A DNA stretch of 63,033 nucleotides, filler included, from Craspedostauros australis (GCA_030167865.1; 16 parts of 16 records of this genome joined end to end with filler, not necessarily neighbours in it); one strand, 5' to 3'. Counted from the first letter of the whole stretch, positions 1-12,221 are shown. Notes: generated by a model from the letters alone, not told the origin. Made by a program: numbers and translations.

Positions 1-1096
1 TGTATTTGTTCGTTTGTCGTGAGCACGCGAGTTGCGGCCGTCGTCAGATGGGTAAATGAGAGATATAGAAGCAAGTCGATTGGTGTGAGCAAAGAGGTTG
101 GAACGTGATGGCATATGTGGATGTGGCGCCGACAGCGTTTGTGATCTGCTCTGTGTTGGTTGGAGTCCGATGGGCGTGGCGAGTTTCATCATGTCGCCGC
201 GCGTTGTCGTTGCGTGGTGCGGCATGCCACGGCCAACAGAACTTCAACTTCGTTGTGTCTGTGACACATGGTGGTTTTGGCGACGAATCAAGCGAAGCGG
301 GCACCAAGGGACGGTCGGGCGAGAAGTCCACGATTATTTCTTGCCGGTACAGGTGCGTGCCACAGTGATGAGGGTCGATGGGATCGTCGCGATTGTTGCT
401 TGATAGCTTCGCCCCGCCAATCATCATGTTGGTCCTTGGTGCCCCTCACCACTATGGTCTGCGCCGCGATGGTCTGCGCCACCGTGTGGACGTCTGCGAT
501 GTTGAAGTCCTACTGTCATGGCGCTGCTGCCATTGCCGGCGCCGCCATGATGGCTGTGATTGTCATTGGAATGACGACTTGCTACAGCCACGGAGGCAGC
601 GGCAGTTGCCATTGAGGGCGGAGTGCTGCATCTTGTCTTACCGTTTGTTTGTTGTGCAGCTGGCTGTATTTGCTGGTCGGTTTTGATTGTGAGATAATCA
701 AGTTTTGTGAGAAGAGAAGGTCGCTCTTCGACGTGTTTGCTTTGCTTTTGCTTTTGGTGACGACGATGTGCGAAGCTGCGATCGAGTCCGACCTACCAAT
801 AAGGTGGGGAAAGTGCACGGCAGAGTACAACTCGATGCATGCTGGTGGAGTGCTGTGTGGTGTGGTATGGCCCTCGCGCGAGTGGGTTGACCAAAGACGT
901 CGTGGGGAACCACAATTGCCACAATCCTTTTCGTGTCGGCAAGGGATTGCCCCAAATTTGCATTTGCGGGTTCGCGCCTCACGCGCGATCCTCGCAACAA
1001 TTTCATCGGTGAACACACAGAGAAAACACAAAGCGAGAGCTGGAACTCAAGTTGGCGCATGGAACACAAATTTGGAACGTTCGAGACACGCCGCAG

Positions 1097-1425
1097 CGAA
1101 AATGTGACACCTTTCTCGGGAAACCCTCTCAGATTTCCTGATAAATTGTTTATGTCGTTCCTCTCTGTGAGAAAGTTACGGCCTGACCTTCCTTGAATTG
1201 CAAGAAATTATCTCTGATAAGTTATGAGGGCTTGAGTTGAGAAATCTCCCACAGTAGTCCGTGCTATAGGTGTTTTGCTTTCGGTCGCACATGAGCGCGA
1301 CTCGTCATTTTCTTCGACTTGGACATCGGTTAGCGGAGAAACCGTTGTTGTTCTCTCTCAGACGGACTCACAACAATGCGCCCGAAGCCGCCCTTGGACG
1401 TGTCTACAGCTGTGCGAACGAGCAG
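1097..1425. repeat. Copy 1 of a ~330-bp diverged direct repeat (copy 2 at ~2256-2585)
   Basis: Collinear shared blocks, e.g. CCTTTCTCGGGAA, ATAAGTTATGAGGGCTTGAGTTGAGAAAT, CTCTCTCAGACGGACTCACA, GACGTGTCTACAG; ends approximate. Confidence 0.85.
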
Positions 1426-2255
1426 GTGTCTTTTCTGCGACAAGAAGGTCTCCGCCTCCGTTTACCTCGACTCCGAATGCCCGTTAAATGGGCGCTGATG
1501 TCAACTGCGATTGAAGTCTGCTTGAGCCACTTTCAGAGTCGAAGATGGAGCATCAGAAACCACAAACCAACCTCCGCATGCAGGACGGATCCGTTCGCAT
1601 CGTGTTGTGATGTGTGAAAGGTTGTCCCCATGGTGTTAGTGTTGCTTCGCATGATGAAATGACATTGGCTTACTTCAGCCCGTGTCCTTGTCTGTTCCTT
1701 CGCTCTTGTTTTTGTTTTCGCTCTCGGTCTCGCTTTTGGGCTGGGTCGTGTTCTGTGAATGCCGGAGTGTCATCAGAGAGACACTGTACTTCACTTCGAA
1801 TTGCATCGGAGCCATGACGCACTTTCCCATCAATCAGACCGCAATACCATGCGCTGCAATCATGCAGAAATCTGATGCAGTTTGTGGGAGGTTAGCGCGA
1901 AGGATCGATGGAGAAATGGAGCAATCTCTGCATGGAGTGCTCGTACTCGTCCTCGCACTGTATGCGGGATTGATACGTTCGCACGTTGTGTTGATGGTGT
2001 CTGGAATTGCCATTGCGTTCCCGTGGCTGCGCCTGCATACGACCCCATTCAGGGTACGATGGTACGTTCCTGTCGATTTTTAATCAGACAACATGACTTT
2101 TTTGCAAATGACGTGGCATTTTGTCCATTAGGGTTGGATACATCCACAAGGATTTTTGGTCGCACAAAAGTCAAAAATTCGCGTGAGAATGCAACAGTCC
2201 CAGAAAATTTCGATTTCTTGCGCGTGGACGTAATGGGAGAAATAGTGTGCCTGAG

Positions 2256-2585
2256 CGAAAATAGTACGCCTTTCTCGGGAAGTCCTCTCAGAATTCCCTA
2301 TAAATTTAATATGATGTTCCTCTCTATGAGAAAGTGACGGATTGACTTTCCTAGAATTGTTACACTTTATATTTTATAAGTTATGAGGGCTTGAGTTGAG
2401 AAATTCCCCGCAGTAGCCCGTGCTTTACGTTTTTAGCTTTCGATCGGACATGGATGCGACTCGTCATTGTCTTCAAGTTGGACGTCGGCGAGCGGCGAAA
2501 ATGTTCTTTTTTCCTCTCTCAGACGGACTCACAGCAAGGCGCTCGAAGCTTAACTCAGACGTGTCTACAGTCGTGCAAACTGATC
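2256..2585. repeat. Copy 2 of the ~330-bp diverged direct repeat
   Basis: Same blocks in the same order as 1097-1425. Confidence 0.85.
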
Positions 2586-2649
2586 AACATTTCGGCTGTT
2601 TTTGGCCCCAATTGATTGCACGCAGTTTCTCGCAATGGACTCGGAACAA

Positions 2650-4105
2650 ATGGTGTGGAGCAAAACTGCATCAGAATGCGATGGTACGTACGCGCACTGC
2701 GCCGTACCATACGACATTAGGATGGGATGGAGGTGCAGAGCTATCAGCATATTCCACCAGGTATAGTGGGATGCTACTTTTGCTTTTGCTGATGCTGCTA
2801 GTACTTCGTGAGCGCAGGAACTGTGATCACTGGCAGGTTCGTCGGACCATGATCTCGCGCGTTCCACGTGTGGTCTCTCATTTCATACAAGGGGCACGAG
2901 ACTCTGTGACAAGAGAGGTACAGCAGGATAAGGGTCCTGTTATGCGAAATAAAGTCAGCTGGCGACTACGGCACATTCCTGATGTACGCTGCTCTGCTCT
3001 TCTCGAGTTGCCGAGTCGCCGCGCGTTGCGCCTCTCAGACAGGATTTCGGTGTCTTGTTGTTGTTGTGGAAGTTTGTGAGTTCATTTTGCTCTTTTCTTG
3101 ATCATGTTTCATTCCTTTTCCTGGTTTTACTCCATGTCGCACCCAAAGAATCGCTCTGTTCTACTTCTGATTTCGGTGGACAGACAGACGTAGTATATGG
3201 TGTTTTGGTAGAAACATGCGTGGAACAAAACCAAATCAGATACTGCGCTCACGAATTCTGGAGTGCTTTGTGCGTGTTGATACGCATTCCCAGAAGAATC
3301 GTTTCTGGTGCGCCACAAAACTGCGGAGTGGCTCTGCGAGAACAGAATGATGTACCGCACTGAACACAAGAAGGGGAGTACAGCAGTATATCATATAATA
3401 CATCTGTTTTATCGTAGAATACATGCCCACGTTTGTATTATTTGCACATCGGAGGCTAATCAGGTTAGATCTTGTGATGGATCGGTTGACTTCCGCAGAA
3501 TCAACATTCCACCGTCAATTCCAACCGTCAACGATGGTGTTGCATCCACAAGGTGCGCTTGGTGGTCAGCAGCGCAGGCAGACTTGGAGCGCGAGGATTG
3601 TCAGCATTGTTATCATCATAAGATAGGTATGACGATCAGTTCCATGGTGCGTTATCGTCTCCAGAGTTGTTGTGGATCAAAGACAAGGAACAACAACGTG
3701 CTGACCGTTTGGACGCTATATTGTGGATTGAGTTTAATGTATTTAAATTCATTTTGCTGCAGCAATGTGCAAATCAAACGTTCTGCTTGGCATTGGAGAT
3801 AACCCGATAATAATTTTGCTCCTGGCGAAGACATCGATACTGACATGCGCGTGCGATTTTTTGCGCCCATGGATTTGGTATCATCACTCGCTCTCGCTGA
3901 TCGTCATCATTCTCCGTTGTCTGCTGGGGATGTTCGTGGCAGTCTGGGTGGTCACAGAGCAAGCAACAGCCAGCGCCAAACATGAATGGCACCGGCAGTC
4001 TATGATTGGTGAACGCTGTTGCGCAGGCGGTTGCGATTTGTTGTCTCCCCCAGCGGTTGTTGGATGAGTGACGGACAAGAAGCTGGTGGTGATCGTCTGT
4101 ACGAA
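2650..4105. repeat. Dispersed repeat of unknown class; homolog at 23652-25138
   Basis: Collinear near-identity with contig 23652-25641 (e.g. GGAGCAAAACTGCATCAGAATGCGATGG; GTGCGCCACAAAACTGCGGAGTGGCTCTGCGAGAACAGAATG); no recognisable protein. Confidence 0.85.
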
Positions 4106-4410
4106 AGGGGCGTACGAGCTTCAGGTCGTAGTTGATGCACCAACGATAACACTAGTTGTGGAGTTTTGGCCCCTTGTTGCCACTGGTTTGCTTGCTTTCG
4201 GGAGAAACGGCGATTTAATATTTAGAGCTATTGTGTGTTTGGTCTCGCTGATCCGTCTTCTACGTCACAGGGAACGGATTCCACGTCATGCAAAACAAGT
4301 CACAACAGAGGAAGAGACATCGTGTGACTCTTCCTCCACAAGACAACGTGATGACCATGTGCAACAACAACAGAATGTGCCATGCCAGGACAGCCAACAA
4401 CACTCCACAT

Positions 4411-4942
4411 TGTAATAGAGCTAAACTAGTACCCAACTTAGAGAGAGAGACTACGAATCATCTGACCCGTCAGCATTCCAGTAGATCGAATGAATACTTC
4501 ACCCGCCCCCACGTTTGGGGACAGATCGAGAACATTGAAGCAGATCTTTGGAACCCGTGTCAAGGAACCAGAAGGGTTCCAAGAACCAAGCCACTGACAC
4601 TCACCATCGCCAAAACGCCGACGCATGGAAACAGTGCCCCAGCAACGCACATCATTGCCCCTTGTCTCTCACGGAGCACAGCCAAGGGATCTCGACCCAC
4701 GGTACTTGGGCTACACGACCCATACACACTGTCACTCAGGACACCACAGGAGATCCTCCCCGCAGGGAAGAACTTTAGCACAAAACTCATAATCCGCACA
4801 TTTCCTCACCATCTACCAGTATTCTCAATCGACTACTTGTGGAACAGAAGGCTCTTGTTTGGACTGCTTGCCAATCAAGCCTCTGCCCTACAGCTAACAA
4901 CAGCCAACAAGACAACAGCCATTACATTTGGGCTCTATTACA
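4411..4942. mobile_element. 532-bp insertion with 11-bp terminal inverted repeats (solo LTR or MITE)
   Basis: Starts TGTAATAGAGC, ends GCTCTATTACA (perfect inverted repeat, TG...CA ends); CAT on both flanks. Confidence 0.65.
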
Positions 4943-5478
4943 CATGATGAGATTCAGAGCCCATGTGATGGAGTCTGATGACTATGTTATGTGACCTATC
5001 AACCATGTGTGAGAAACGAGCAACCATGCATGAGAAACAAGCAGATCACCAAGAGGCAAGACATCCAATTGTGCAGAAATATGAAGGCATGCCACTACAC
5101 AGTGAACTGAGTAGAAATTGAAGAATGAAGTGGTTGATTCTGGTTGAGTAACTTTCAGAATGACAGGATAAGACGTGGTGAAAGGCGATGATGAATCGCA
5201 CATCAAGATCCAGAAAGCAGATGAAATGGAATTGATCTCATAATGAGCTGACAACAGAGCTGACAACAACACTGACAACAATAACCACTATTAGTACAGA
5301 CAACACAAACAAAAGACATCAATATAATCAGGGTCTACTGGGTCAGTGTTGAGCTACAAAGAGAGACCTGTTTCAACAAAGTGCTGCGAGTCGATTATGG
5401 GAGGAAGCTTGTTGAGCAGTCTGCCCTATCTCCTCCTCCGACTTGCCCCCACTTGTACACTCTGCTGCTCATCACTCT

Positions 5479-8400
5479 CTAGCGGATGCAGAAATCAGTT
5501 CGGTCGCAACACAGCGTGCAGCATGTGCAATCGGTCTCTGGAGGCAAGATGCCATCGTCCGGTTCCTTGCAGTCTGAACTAAACAAAGAGAATTGGAATG
5601 ATCCATCGCAGAACATTTCGGTGAGGTTCCCTGTGATCGAGTTCTCCTCCAATCGAAGGCTCTCCAAGTTCGTCAGATTCCCCCATTGGGGCGGGACCTC
5701 CCCGTTGATGGAGTTGCCTGAAACGGAGACGGCAACAAGCTGGGATAGATCACCAATTTCGAATGGCAACGCGCCTGTGAGCTTGTTGTCGTCGAGGTAG
5801 AGCTCCCGCAGTGCCAACAACCTCCCGAGCTCTGACGGGATTTTCTCCCCGATGGAGTTGGAGCTGAGATCGAGAAGTCTGAGACTCGAAAGGTCTCCAT
5901 ATTCCGTCGGGATCGCACCAGATATGTCGTTAGATGAGAGGTTGAGTTCCTCAAGCCAATCCAGCTTCCCCATTTCTGTGGGGAGGGACCCGCGGATGAA
6001 ATTGTTGGAGCAATCGAAGATGGTCAAGTTTTCGAAAAGAGCAATCTCGGAGGGAAGCTGGTAAGCGTCCACGTTTGAATCTGAGAGCATGATGGAGGTG
6101 ACGCAGCCCTCGGCGTCGCATTGGATACCTTCTTCCCCATGCCACCATTCGCAAACGGATGAAGGCGACAAAACAGGAGCAGTCGTGTTCCAAGGCCCAT
6201 TCATCACCGTCGCAATATAGAGCACAGCCAAGGCGTATCGCTCCACGACCACCTCATCTGCCGTGTTGGCGAGGTCGAGATCGAAGCTGTCGACATTTCC
6301 CAACCAGTAAAGGGCGCGGTATTGCGGGGTGTCGACGTTTTCGAACATCAACGGGTCCGTAAAGATTGGATCGCCCTGCAGATGTGGTTCCAATATGGCG
6401 AGTATGTCGTTCATCTTCTCGGCATTCACAATGCGACACTCTGTCTCAGTGTTGCAGCAGTTGCCCATGGCATCGCAGCAGTGCGAGCAGCAGGAACATG
6501 TCGTTGCTGCTGGGACTGTGCCATCGTCAGTGGCAATGCAATCTGCGTAGAAGTCATAAAGGTCGGGATGTGAGCCTGAGCAAAAGATTGGATTCAGGTT
6601 GCCCTGCAGCTCAGTTTGCTCCATACCGAGACGCTTCATGTTGGTAAGCTGGCCCCACTCGGTTGGGACTGTCCCGTTGAATTTGTTCTGATAGATCTGG
6701 AGGTTGATCAGGGCTTGCATCTTACCGACCTCGGTGGGCAACGCGCCTGTCAGGGAGTTTCTGGAGATATGCAGCAACTGAAGCAATTCCAGGTTGCCGA
6801 TCTCGGACGGAAGCGTGCCGGTGAAACCGATTCTATCAAATCGAGCTTCCGTCAAGTTGGCCAGACGGCCGATCTCTGTGGGCACCGGGCCGGACATCGG
6901 GAGGAAGACTATCATGAGTTTCACCAAGTTTGATAATAGACCAATTTCGGTTGGCAGCGTTCCACCGAGGGGGTTGTTGACGATGCGCAAGCTGGTGAGC
7001 TGTTCAAGGAGGAAGAGCTCTTTCGGAATGGTGCCAGTCATGAAGTTGGAATCAAACCTTGCTCCAGTCACCCTGTCAGCTTCATCGCACGAAACAATGC
7101 CGCCGAAGTTGTCACCACTGACATCACCCCATTCGCAGACGCTGCTGTTGGTAAGAAAGTTGAATTTTTTCTCCCACGTGTCCTCGCCTGCGGTCGTGTA
7201 GTACAGAACGGCGAGTGCGTAGCGTTCGAGGAGTTCGGATGTGGGTGCTAAGGCCGGGTCGATCTTTGCGACGTCTTGATTTGCGAGCCAATCCAATGCT
7301 CTGTACTGTGTGGTGGATCGGTCCTCCAGTACTTCGCGCCCGGTGTTTGCCGGTTCACCTTCCAGTATCTGCGCCAGACGATTGACGAGCGTGTCGAATT
7401 CTGCGGTCTGCGGTGTGAAGGTCGGGCTCGATGATGCGATGGGAGCTGTGGTTGGTGCCGACGTCACGAGCGATCCGTTGTCGGCATTGGAGGAGTTGTT
7501 GGAAGAGTTGTTGGAGGAGCTGTTGGAGTTGCGACCTGACAGTGTCACGCCGATTGCAGTGCCGATCCCTGCCAGCACCAAAGCGACGATGATGCCAATG
7601 CACCTCCTGCGCCTGCTTTGACTGCCGGAGTTGCTGTTTTCGTCGTCCTTCGTGACCTCCACCGCTTCGGCGGTGACAACTGCGCCACTCGCGACCGTGC
7701 TGCCGCCATTGCGCGTTTGCTCCAAGCGCATGCGCTCCTGTAACTGCGTCTCCATGCGCTCCGCGAACTCCTTCTCGAGACGCTCCTTGACACGATCCGC
7801 CACGTCCTCTTCGGTTGGAGCCAGCTGGGCCGTGATGGGGGTGGCGATCGTGGACAGGTCTTCGGTCTGGTCCGTGAAGACGGAGACGTTGGAAGGCCCT
7901 TTTTGGTGCACCTCCGAGACCGGTGACGCGTGAGATGGATCGGCGGAGAAGGTAGAGGCTGTGGACTGGCGCAAGTTGTCAACAATTGAAACGGCGCCTG
8001 GTTGGCTCGGGGCAGTCCGAGGCGTGTCATCCGTTGGCTGCAATAGCTCCTCGTCATCCTCCTCCTCCTTCGTTTCAACTGAGTTGCGACTGGGCATAGC
8101 GGCCCTGCTGGGATTGGAACCCCGTTGCGACAGCCGCGTGCCTCTGGGGTATCCAAGCTTGCTCCTCTCGTGGATGCCTGTGCCACCGGCGGTCCGTGTG
8201 CCAATCAAGGCCTCGGTGGTCCTGAGGGACATAGGGACAGCCCCGGCCTTCTGACACATCGTGTACGCTGCATTGGACGCATTGGAAGCTTCGATGTCTT
8301 CCATTGATGCGTCGACGCCCGAAACTGACATGGCTCCTGGTCGCAGCGGTGGCGGCGGAACGACTGATGCTGATCCTGACACTCGCGACTGCATTGTATT

Positions 8401-8850
8401 GCGTCGCTCCGATCCAATGGGGGAGAAGAATCCGCTGGTGTTGGAGGACATGTCACTGGGTGGGAGCAGACCAGCAGCACGTTGCGCTCCAGCCCTGGCC
8501 TTCGCCTTCGCCTTGGCATCAGCATCAGCGTCGGCGGTAGAGTTGGTCCTGGTCGATCCACCGCTGCGACGTTGTCTATCTCGGTATCGACCGATGCGGA
8601 CCTCCTGGCGATGGGCTGCAGGCTTTCTGTCGTCAGCAACACTGGAGGCGCCATCGTTGTCTTCCTTCTCCATCACGCCATTGCCTTCCTTGTCATCGCC
8701 AGGGCTCCTTGGTGGTGGCTTGCAGTCGTCCATCACGGTGGCGTCTAACAAGTGGAGTTTAGTGGAGTTTAGTGGAGTTCTGTCCTTCTCGTCGTCGTTG
8801 CTCCTTGTGTTCCCGTCGCTTCTGTTGGTGGCGATGGTGGAGGCCGTCAC
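5479..8850 (-). CDS. Membrane-anchored leucine-rich-repeat protein with two tandem LRR modules (diatom receptor-like type)
   Basis: 1123 aa; disordered N-terminus with PGA motifs, RRRR followed by a TM helix (IGIIVALVLAGIGTAIGVTL), APT linker, then twice: QYRALxWL..ERYALAVLY..CEW cap, plant-type LxGxLPxEIGxLxxL repeats, DC..CxCCxxCC cap. Confidence 0.92.
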   Translation of the reverse strand: MTASTIATNRSDGNTRSNDDEKDRTPLNSTKLHLLDATVMDDCKPPPRSPGDDKEGNGVMEKEDNDGASSVADDRKPAAHRQEVRIGRYRDRQRRSGGSTRTNSTADADADAKAKAKARAGAQRAAGLLPPSDMSSNTSGFFSPIGSERRNTMQSRVSGSASVVPPPPLRPGAMSVSGVDASMEDIEASNASNAAYTMCQKAGAVPMSLRTTEALIGTRTAGGTGIHERSKLGYPRGTRLSQRGSNPSRAAMPSRNSVETKEEEDDEELLQPTDDTPRTAPSQPGAVSIVDNLRQSTASTFSADPSHASPVSEVHQKGPSNVSVFTDQTEDLSTIATPITAQLAPTEEDVADRVKERLEKEFAERMETQLQERMRLEQTRNGGSTVASGAVVTAEAVEVTKDDENSNSGSQSRRRRCIGIIVALVLAGIGTAIGVTLSGRNSNSSSNNSSNNSSNADNGSLVTSAPTTAPIASSSPTFTPQTAEFDTLVNRLAQILEGEPANTGREVLEDRSTTQYRALDWLANQDVAKIDPALAPTSELLERYALAVLYYTTAGEDTWEKKFNFLTNSSVCEWGDVSGDNFGGIVSCDEADRVTGARFDSNFMTGTIPKELFLLEQLTSLRIVNNPLGGTLPTEIGLLSNLVKLMIVFLPMSGPVPTEIGRLANLTEARFDRIGFTGTLPSEIGNLELLQLLHISRNSLTGALPTEVGKMQALINLQIYQNKFNGTVPTEWGQLTNMKRLGMEQTELQGNLNPIFCSGSHPDLYDFYADCIATDDGTVPAATTCSCCSHCCDAMGNCCNTETECRIVNAEKMNDILAILEPHLQGDPIFTDPLMFENVDTPQYRALYWLGNVDSFDLDLANTADEVVVERYALAVLYIATVMNGPWNTTAPVLSPSSVCEWWHGEEGIQCDAEGCVTSIMLSDSNVDAYQLPSEIALFENLTIFDCSNNFIRGSLPTEMGKLDWLEELNLSSNDISGAIPTEYGDLSSLRLLDLSSNSIGEKIPSELGRLLALRELYLDDNKLTGALPFEIGDLSQLVAVSVSGNSINGEVPPQWGNLTNLESLRLEENSITGNLTEMFCDGSFQFSLFSSDCKEPDDGILPPETDCTCCTLCCDRTDFCIR

Positions 8851-9775
8851 CGTCGTCGTTGTGGGATGAAGAATCTTCTCATTTCAGTTGTACTGGAGCC
8901 ACAACCAAATGCGTTCTCTGGAGGGTTCTATGCGCTTTGCACAAACTTTGTTGGGTTGCAGAAGGTGTTTGGACAATTCTGCGTTGTTGTGTGTTGTTGT
9001 TTCGTCCTTCCGTGGTTGGACTGGCATCATCCATGTTGGCATCAATTGGTCTTACCTCGAACATCACCGGCACCCACAAGTCGCTGGTACTGCGCGCAGG
9101 CTGCGCCATACATCAAGATGTTTGAGTCCGAACACGATCGGGGACGAAAAAATGCGTTTCGATGGCTTCACTCTCCCAACTTGGACACACAAATCATCAC
9201 ACCACCGTATCGAGAATTGTTTCGCCCAAATGACAAACAAACAGACGCGGTTCCAATTATAAATGCTCATTGAGAGTTGAAGTTCACTTAAAAACACATG
9301 ACTTTCAACTGGAGTGTGTCCCATGTCGTTCCATGAAATTTATTTTGGCGCGAAATCTTCAACTACGACAACAGCAAAATCCTCCTTTCTCTTTTCCTCC
9401 TTTTCTCATTCACGGATCATCGCTGACTCAAATTGCACGATTGACTCGATCCAAGCCGTCCTGGGAACAATGTGCTCCCCTGAATCCTTGTATTGCAACT
9501 TGTCTTGATTCCCTTGTCAGCTATGACACCTGCTTTCACTCCACAGCCATAGCAAGGAGATCCAACCTGCTTCAACACAATCAGGGAATCCGACTGTGTA
9601 ATCCAACTACCAATCTGCTGTGTCTCCACTTGCAACCTCAACAAGATGTCAAGCTCTTGTACTTCAATGCTGGAAGAATGTTAGATTCAATTTCATCAGT
9701 TGTGATAGTTACTGCACAGCTTGTTGGCAAGTTCCGTGGACGGATACCTTGTGATCGTGGAAGACAGTGTTGGTA

Positions 9776-10197
9776 TGTTGGCAAGTTTCGCTCACGGAAG
9801 CCTACGATCGTGGAAGATGGTATTGTTGATAGTTGTTCTGTTTGCTATTTCATTACATTGAGACTCCGATCCTCTCGGTGTCTCTGTTGTCTTGCCCAAT
9901 GCTCTTGGCGAATTTGACTTTTCTCGTAGATTCAGTCTCTGACTATGAGTCAGTGTGCAAGATGCTCTCTCGCTACTCTTGGCATTCTCTCTCTCTCTCT
10001 CTCGACATCGTGTGCCTCGTGCTACACGATACTCCGTGTTCGATGCGTACTCCGCATTCGATACTCCGTTCATTCAGTACTGGTTCCTACTCCATGAGTA
10101 CTTACCATTTGAACTTCACCTCTCGTATCCATGATCTTGATGCCCTTCAGTCATTGGATCTTGGCCTCCTGCTCTGACTTGGAGACAGACGCCAACG
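9776..10197 (+). mobile_element. LTR (TGTTGGC...GCCAAC[G]), preceded by a 54-bp diverged duplicate of its start at 9722-9775
   Basis: First ~170 bp match the reverse complement of 25742-25912, with homology starting at TGTTGGCAAGTT; inverted termini; right boundary inferred. Confidence 0.6.
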
Positions 10198-10216
10198 TGG
10201 TGACACAATGACATCC

Positions 10217-10585
10217 TGTTGACGTCAGTAGGCGTCCTTCTGCTCTCCAGATGTCATGTTCCGTCAATGATACGATGGTCTGTCAGATGATATCGTCATC
10301 TGAGGTTTAGTTGGGAAGTACCTCAAGATTCGCTCGATACCATACGTTTCCATTGATGGATGGACGGACGATGTTTCTAATTCTCTCAGAAATCGTCGAT
10401 TGCAAATTTCCTCCAGAAATTCTGCTCATTTTCGTGTGTTCCATTCCCACTGTAATTCTGACGAATCACATCATACTATCTACACGAGTGTAGTTTTACC
10501 GTCCAAGTGCGTATGAGAGAATAACGGGTGAACGATGCACATATACACGTATATCTCGATATATACTCACATTTACATCTCGACA
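10217..10585. mobile_element. Possible further LTR abutting a Copia pol fragment
   Basis: TGTTGA...TCGACA termini; Copia coding similarity starts right after 10585; no TSD. Confidence 0.35.
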
Positions 10586-11112
10586 CGTATTGTGTTGCGC
10601 CACGAATTGGTCATTTGAATGCTCTCTTTCACATGTTCGCATACCTCAAATCTCACGATCGTTCTCGCCTTGTTTTTGATGACGCATACATTGACAAACC
10701 GCCTGTGATGCAACCCAACTGGAACGATTTCTACCCCGATGCTCATGAACAACTACCTGCTGACATGCCACCGCCACACGGAAAGGAAGTCCAAATGACG
10801 TGCTTTGTTGATGCTGATCATGCAGGTGACTGCGTCACGCGACGTTCACGCACTGGTGTGCTTTTGTTTTTGAATACATCACCAATACTGTGGTACAGCA
10901 AGAAACAGAACAGCATTGAGACATCCATATTTGGCAGCGAGTTCACAGCGCTCAAGGTAGCAACAGAGATCATCATCAGAATGAGATACAAGCTCTGCAT
11001 GATGGGCATCCCTCTGGATGGACCTGTGGATGTATGTGTCTACAATCAAAGCGTGGTGTACAACTCATCACTACCAGAATCACAACTGCGGAAGAAAGCC
11101 AATGCCATTGCA
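10586..11112 (+). mobile_element. Ty1/Copia (CoDi-like) RT C-terminus and RNase H fragment, cut by an LTR insertion
   Basis: FVDADHAGDCVTRRSRTG, PILWYSKKQNSIETSIFGSEF motifs; similarity ends at the LTR start 11113. Confidence 0.92.
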
Positions 11113-11781
11113 TGTCAGGAATCGAGGGTACGACTCTGTCGAAAAGATACCCATGATTGCCGCAACTCCCAACATTATTCGTCACACCTTTGGATATTAT
11201 TCGTCACACCATCGAATATTGTCCATTCCACCCACGACACGAATCACACGGGAATGACCTCAGTCTTACCAAGCAAACAAGCCTGTCCTCAATGAATCAA
11301 GAAAAGGCCACGACATCTAAATCATGTGAAGGAAGATGATGACCGACACATTGGTGATCACCCCATCTGGAGATCATGGCACGTGTCACCCACGGACTAG
11401 AACAACTCAGAAAGGGCATCATCCATGACACCAATCATGACACCAATCATAAAGTTCGATGTCAGGAGATCAAGAGAGAAACGCAAGACTGTGGAATCGT
11501 ACCGCAGGGAGTGTAGAATAAGGATATGCACGACGAGGTGCATGGCAAGAATGCCTACGGATATGCATGACAAGGATGCCTGCGGATATGATCTCATGCA
11601 TGCAAGCGAAGATTCATGATGATGAGATGCATGAACGCAACAGTATAACATGATGCTGCTACAGAAGATGCTATATGAGAAACGAAAGGCAAAGGAGCTG
11701 AAGAGAATGAGCTCACAGTTCTGAACAGTACAATCTAACAACCAATTAGTTCTTACTAACATCAACCCCGGATTTCCAACA
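11113..11781 (+). mobile_element. Probable 5' LTR of a Copia element (TGTCAGGAATC...GATTTCCAACA family), 669 bp
   Basis: Termini shared with the LTRs at 14720-15497 and 61178-62102; gag start lies 80 bp downstream. Confidence 0.85.
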
Positions 11782-11860
11782 CGTTTCGAAACGTTACGAT
11801 TGAAATCCTACGTTTCCATCATCACCAACACAGCAACAAACGACTCTCACCATCATCACC

Positions 11861-12121
11861 ATGACGTCCTTCCTCGGTAAGACCGATCGTTACATGATCA
11901 TGTTCGATGGCAAGCGATCCTCCTGGAAAGCTTGGAGTGCGAAGTTCCTCGCCCGCGCCAACCGCAAGGGCTACGGAGACTTGTATCTCAAGGACTTGGG
12001 TGATGTGATTGTGAAGACCGAGGCCTTTGACCCCTCCCCTCTCGCCTCCATCGTGGGAGGCGAAGAGAAGAAGCTTAAGGCCTCGAAGTTATCTGCCATG
12101 TCTCTCGAGGAGAAGGCGGAG
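11861..12121 (+). mobile_element. Copia gag N-terminus, truncated at contig end
   Basis: FDGKRSSWKAWSAKFLARANRKGY resembles the Copia gag N-terminal motif. Confidence 0.75.
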
Positions 12122-12221
12122 NNNNNNNNNNNNNNNNNNNNNNNNNNNNNNNNNNNNNNNNNNNNTTAATTAATTAANNNNNNNNNNNNNNNNNNNNNNN
12201 NNNNNNNNNNNNNNNNNNNNN
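12122..12221. other. Artificial 100-bp contig linker N44-TTAATTAATTAA-N44; other copies start at 14103, 16916, 18393, 23552, 25642, 28565, 31670, 33338, 39260, 42115, 43751, 45624, 55106, 60583
   Basis: Identical length and core 15 times; core has stops in all six frames; ORFs break at each linker. Confidence 0.97.

Noticed and set aside
4943..5378. Old LTR ending in TTTCAACA
   Set aside because: No matching 5' end, TSD or second copy in the window
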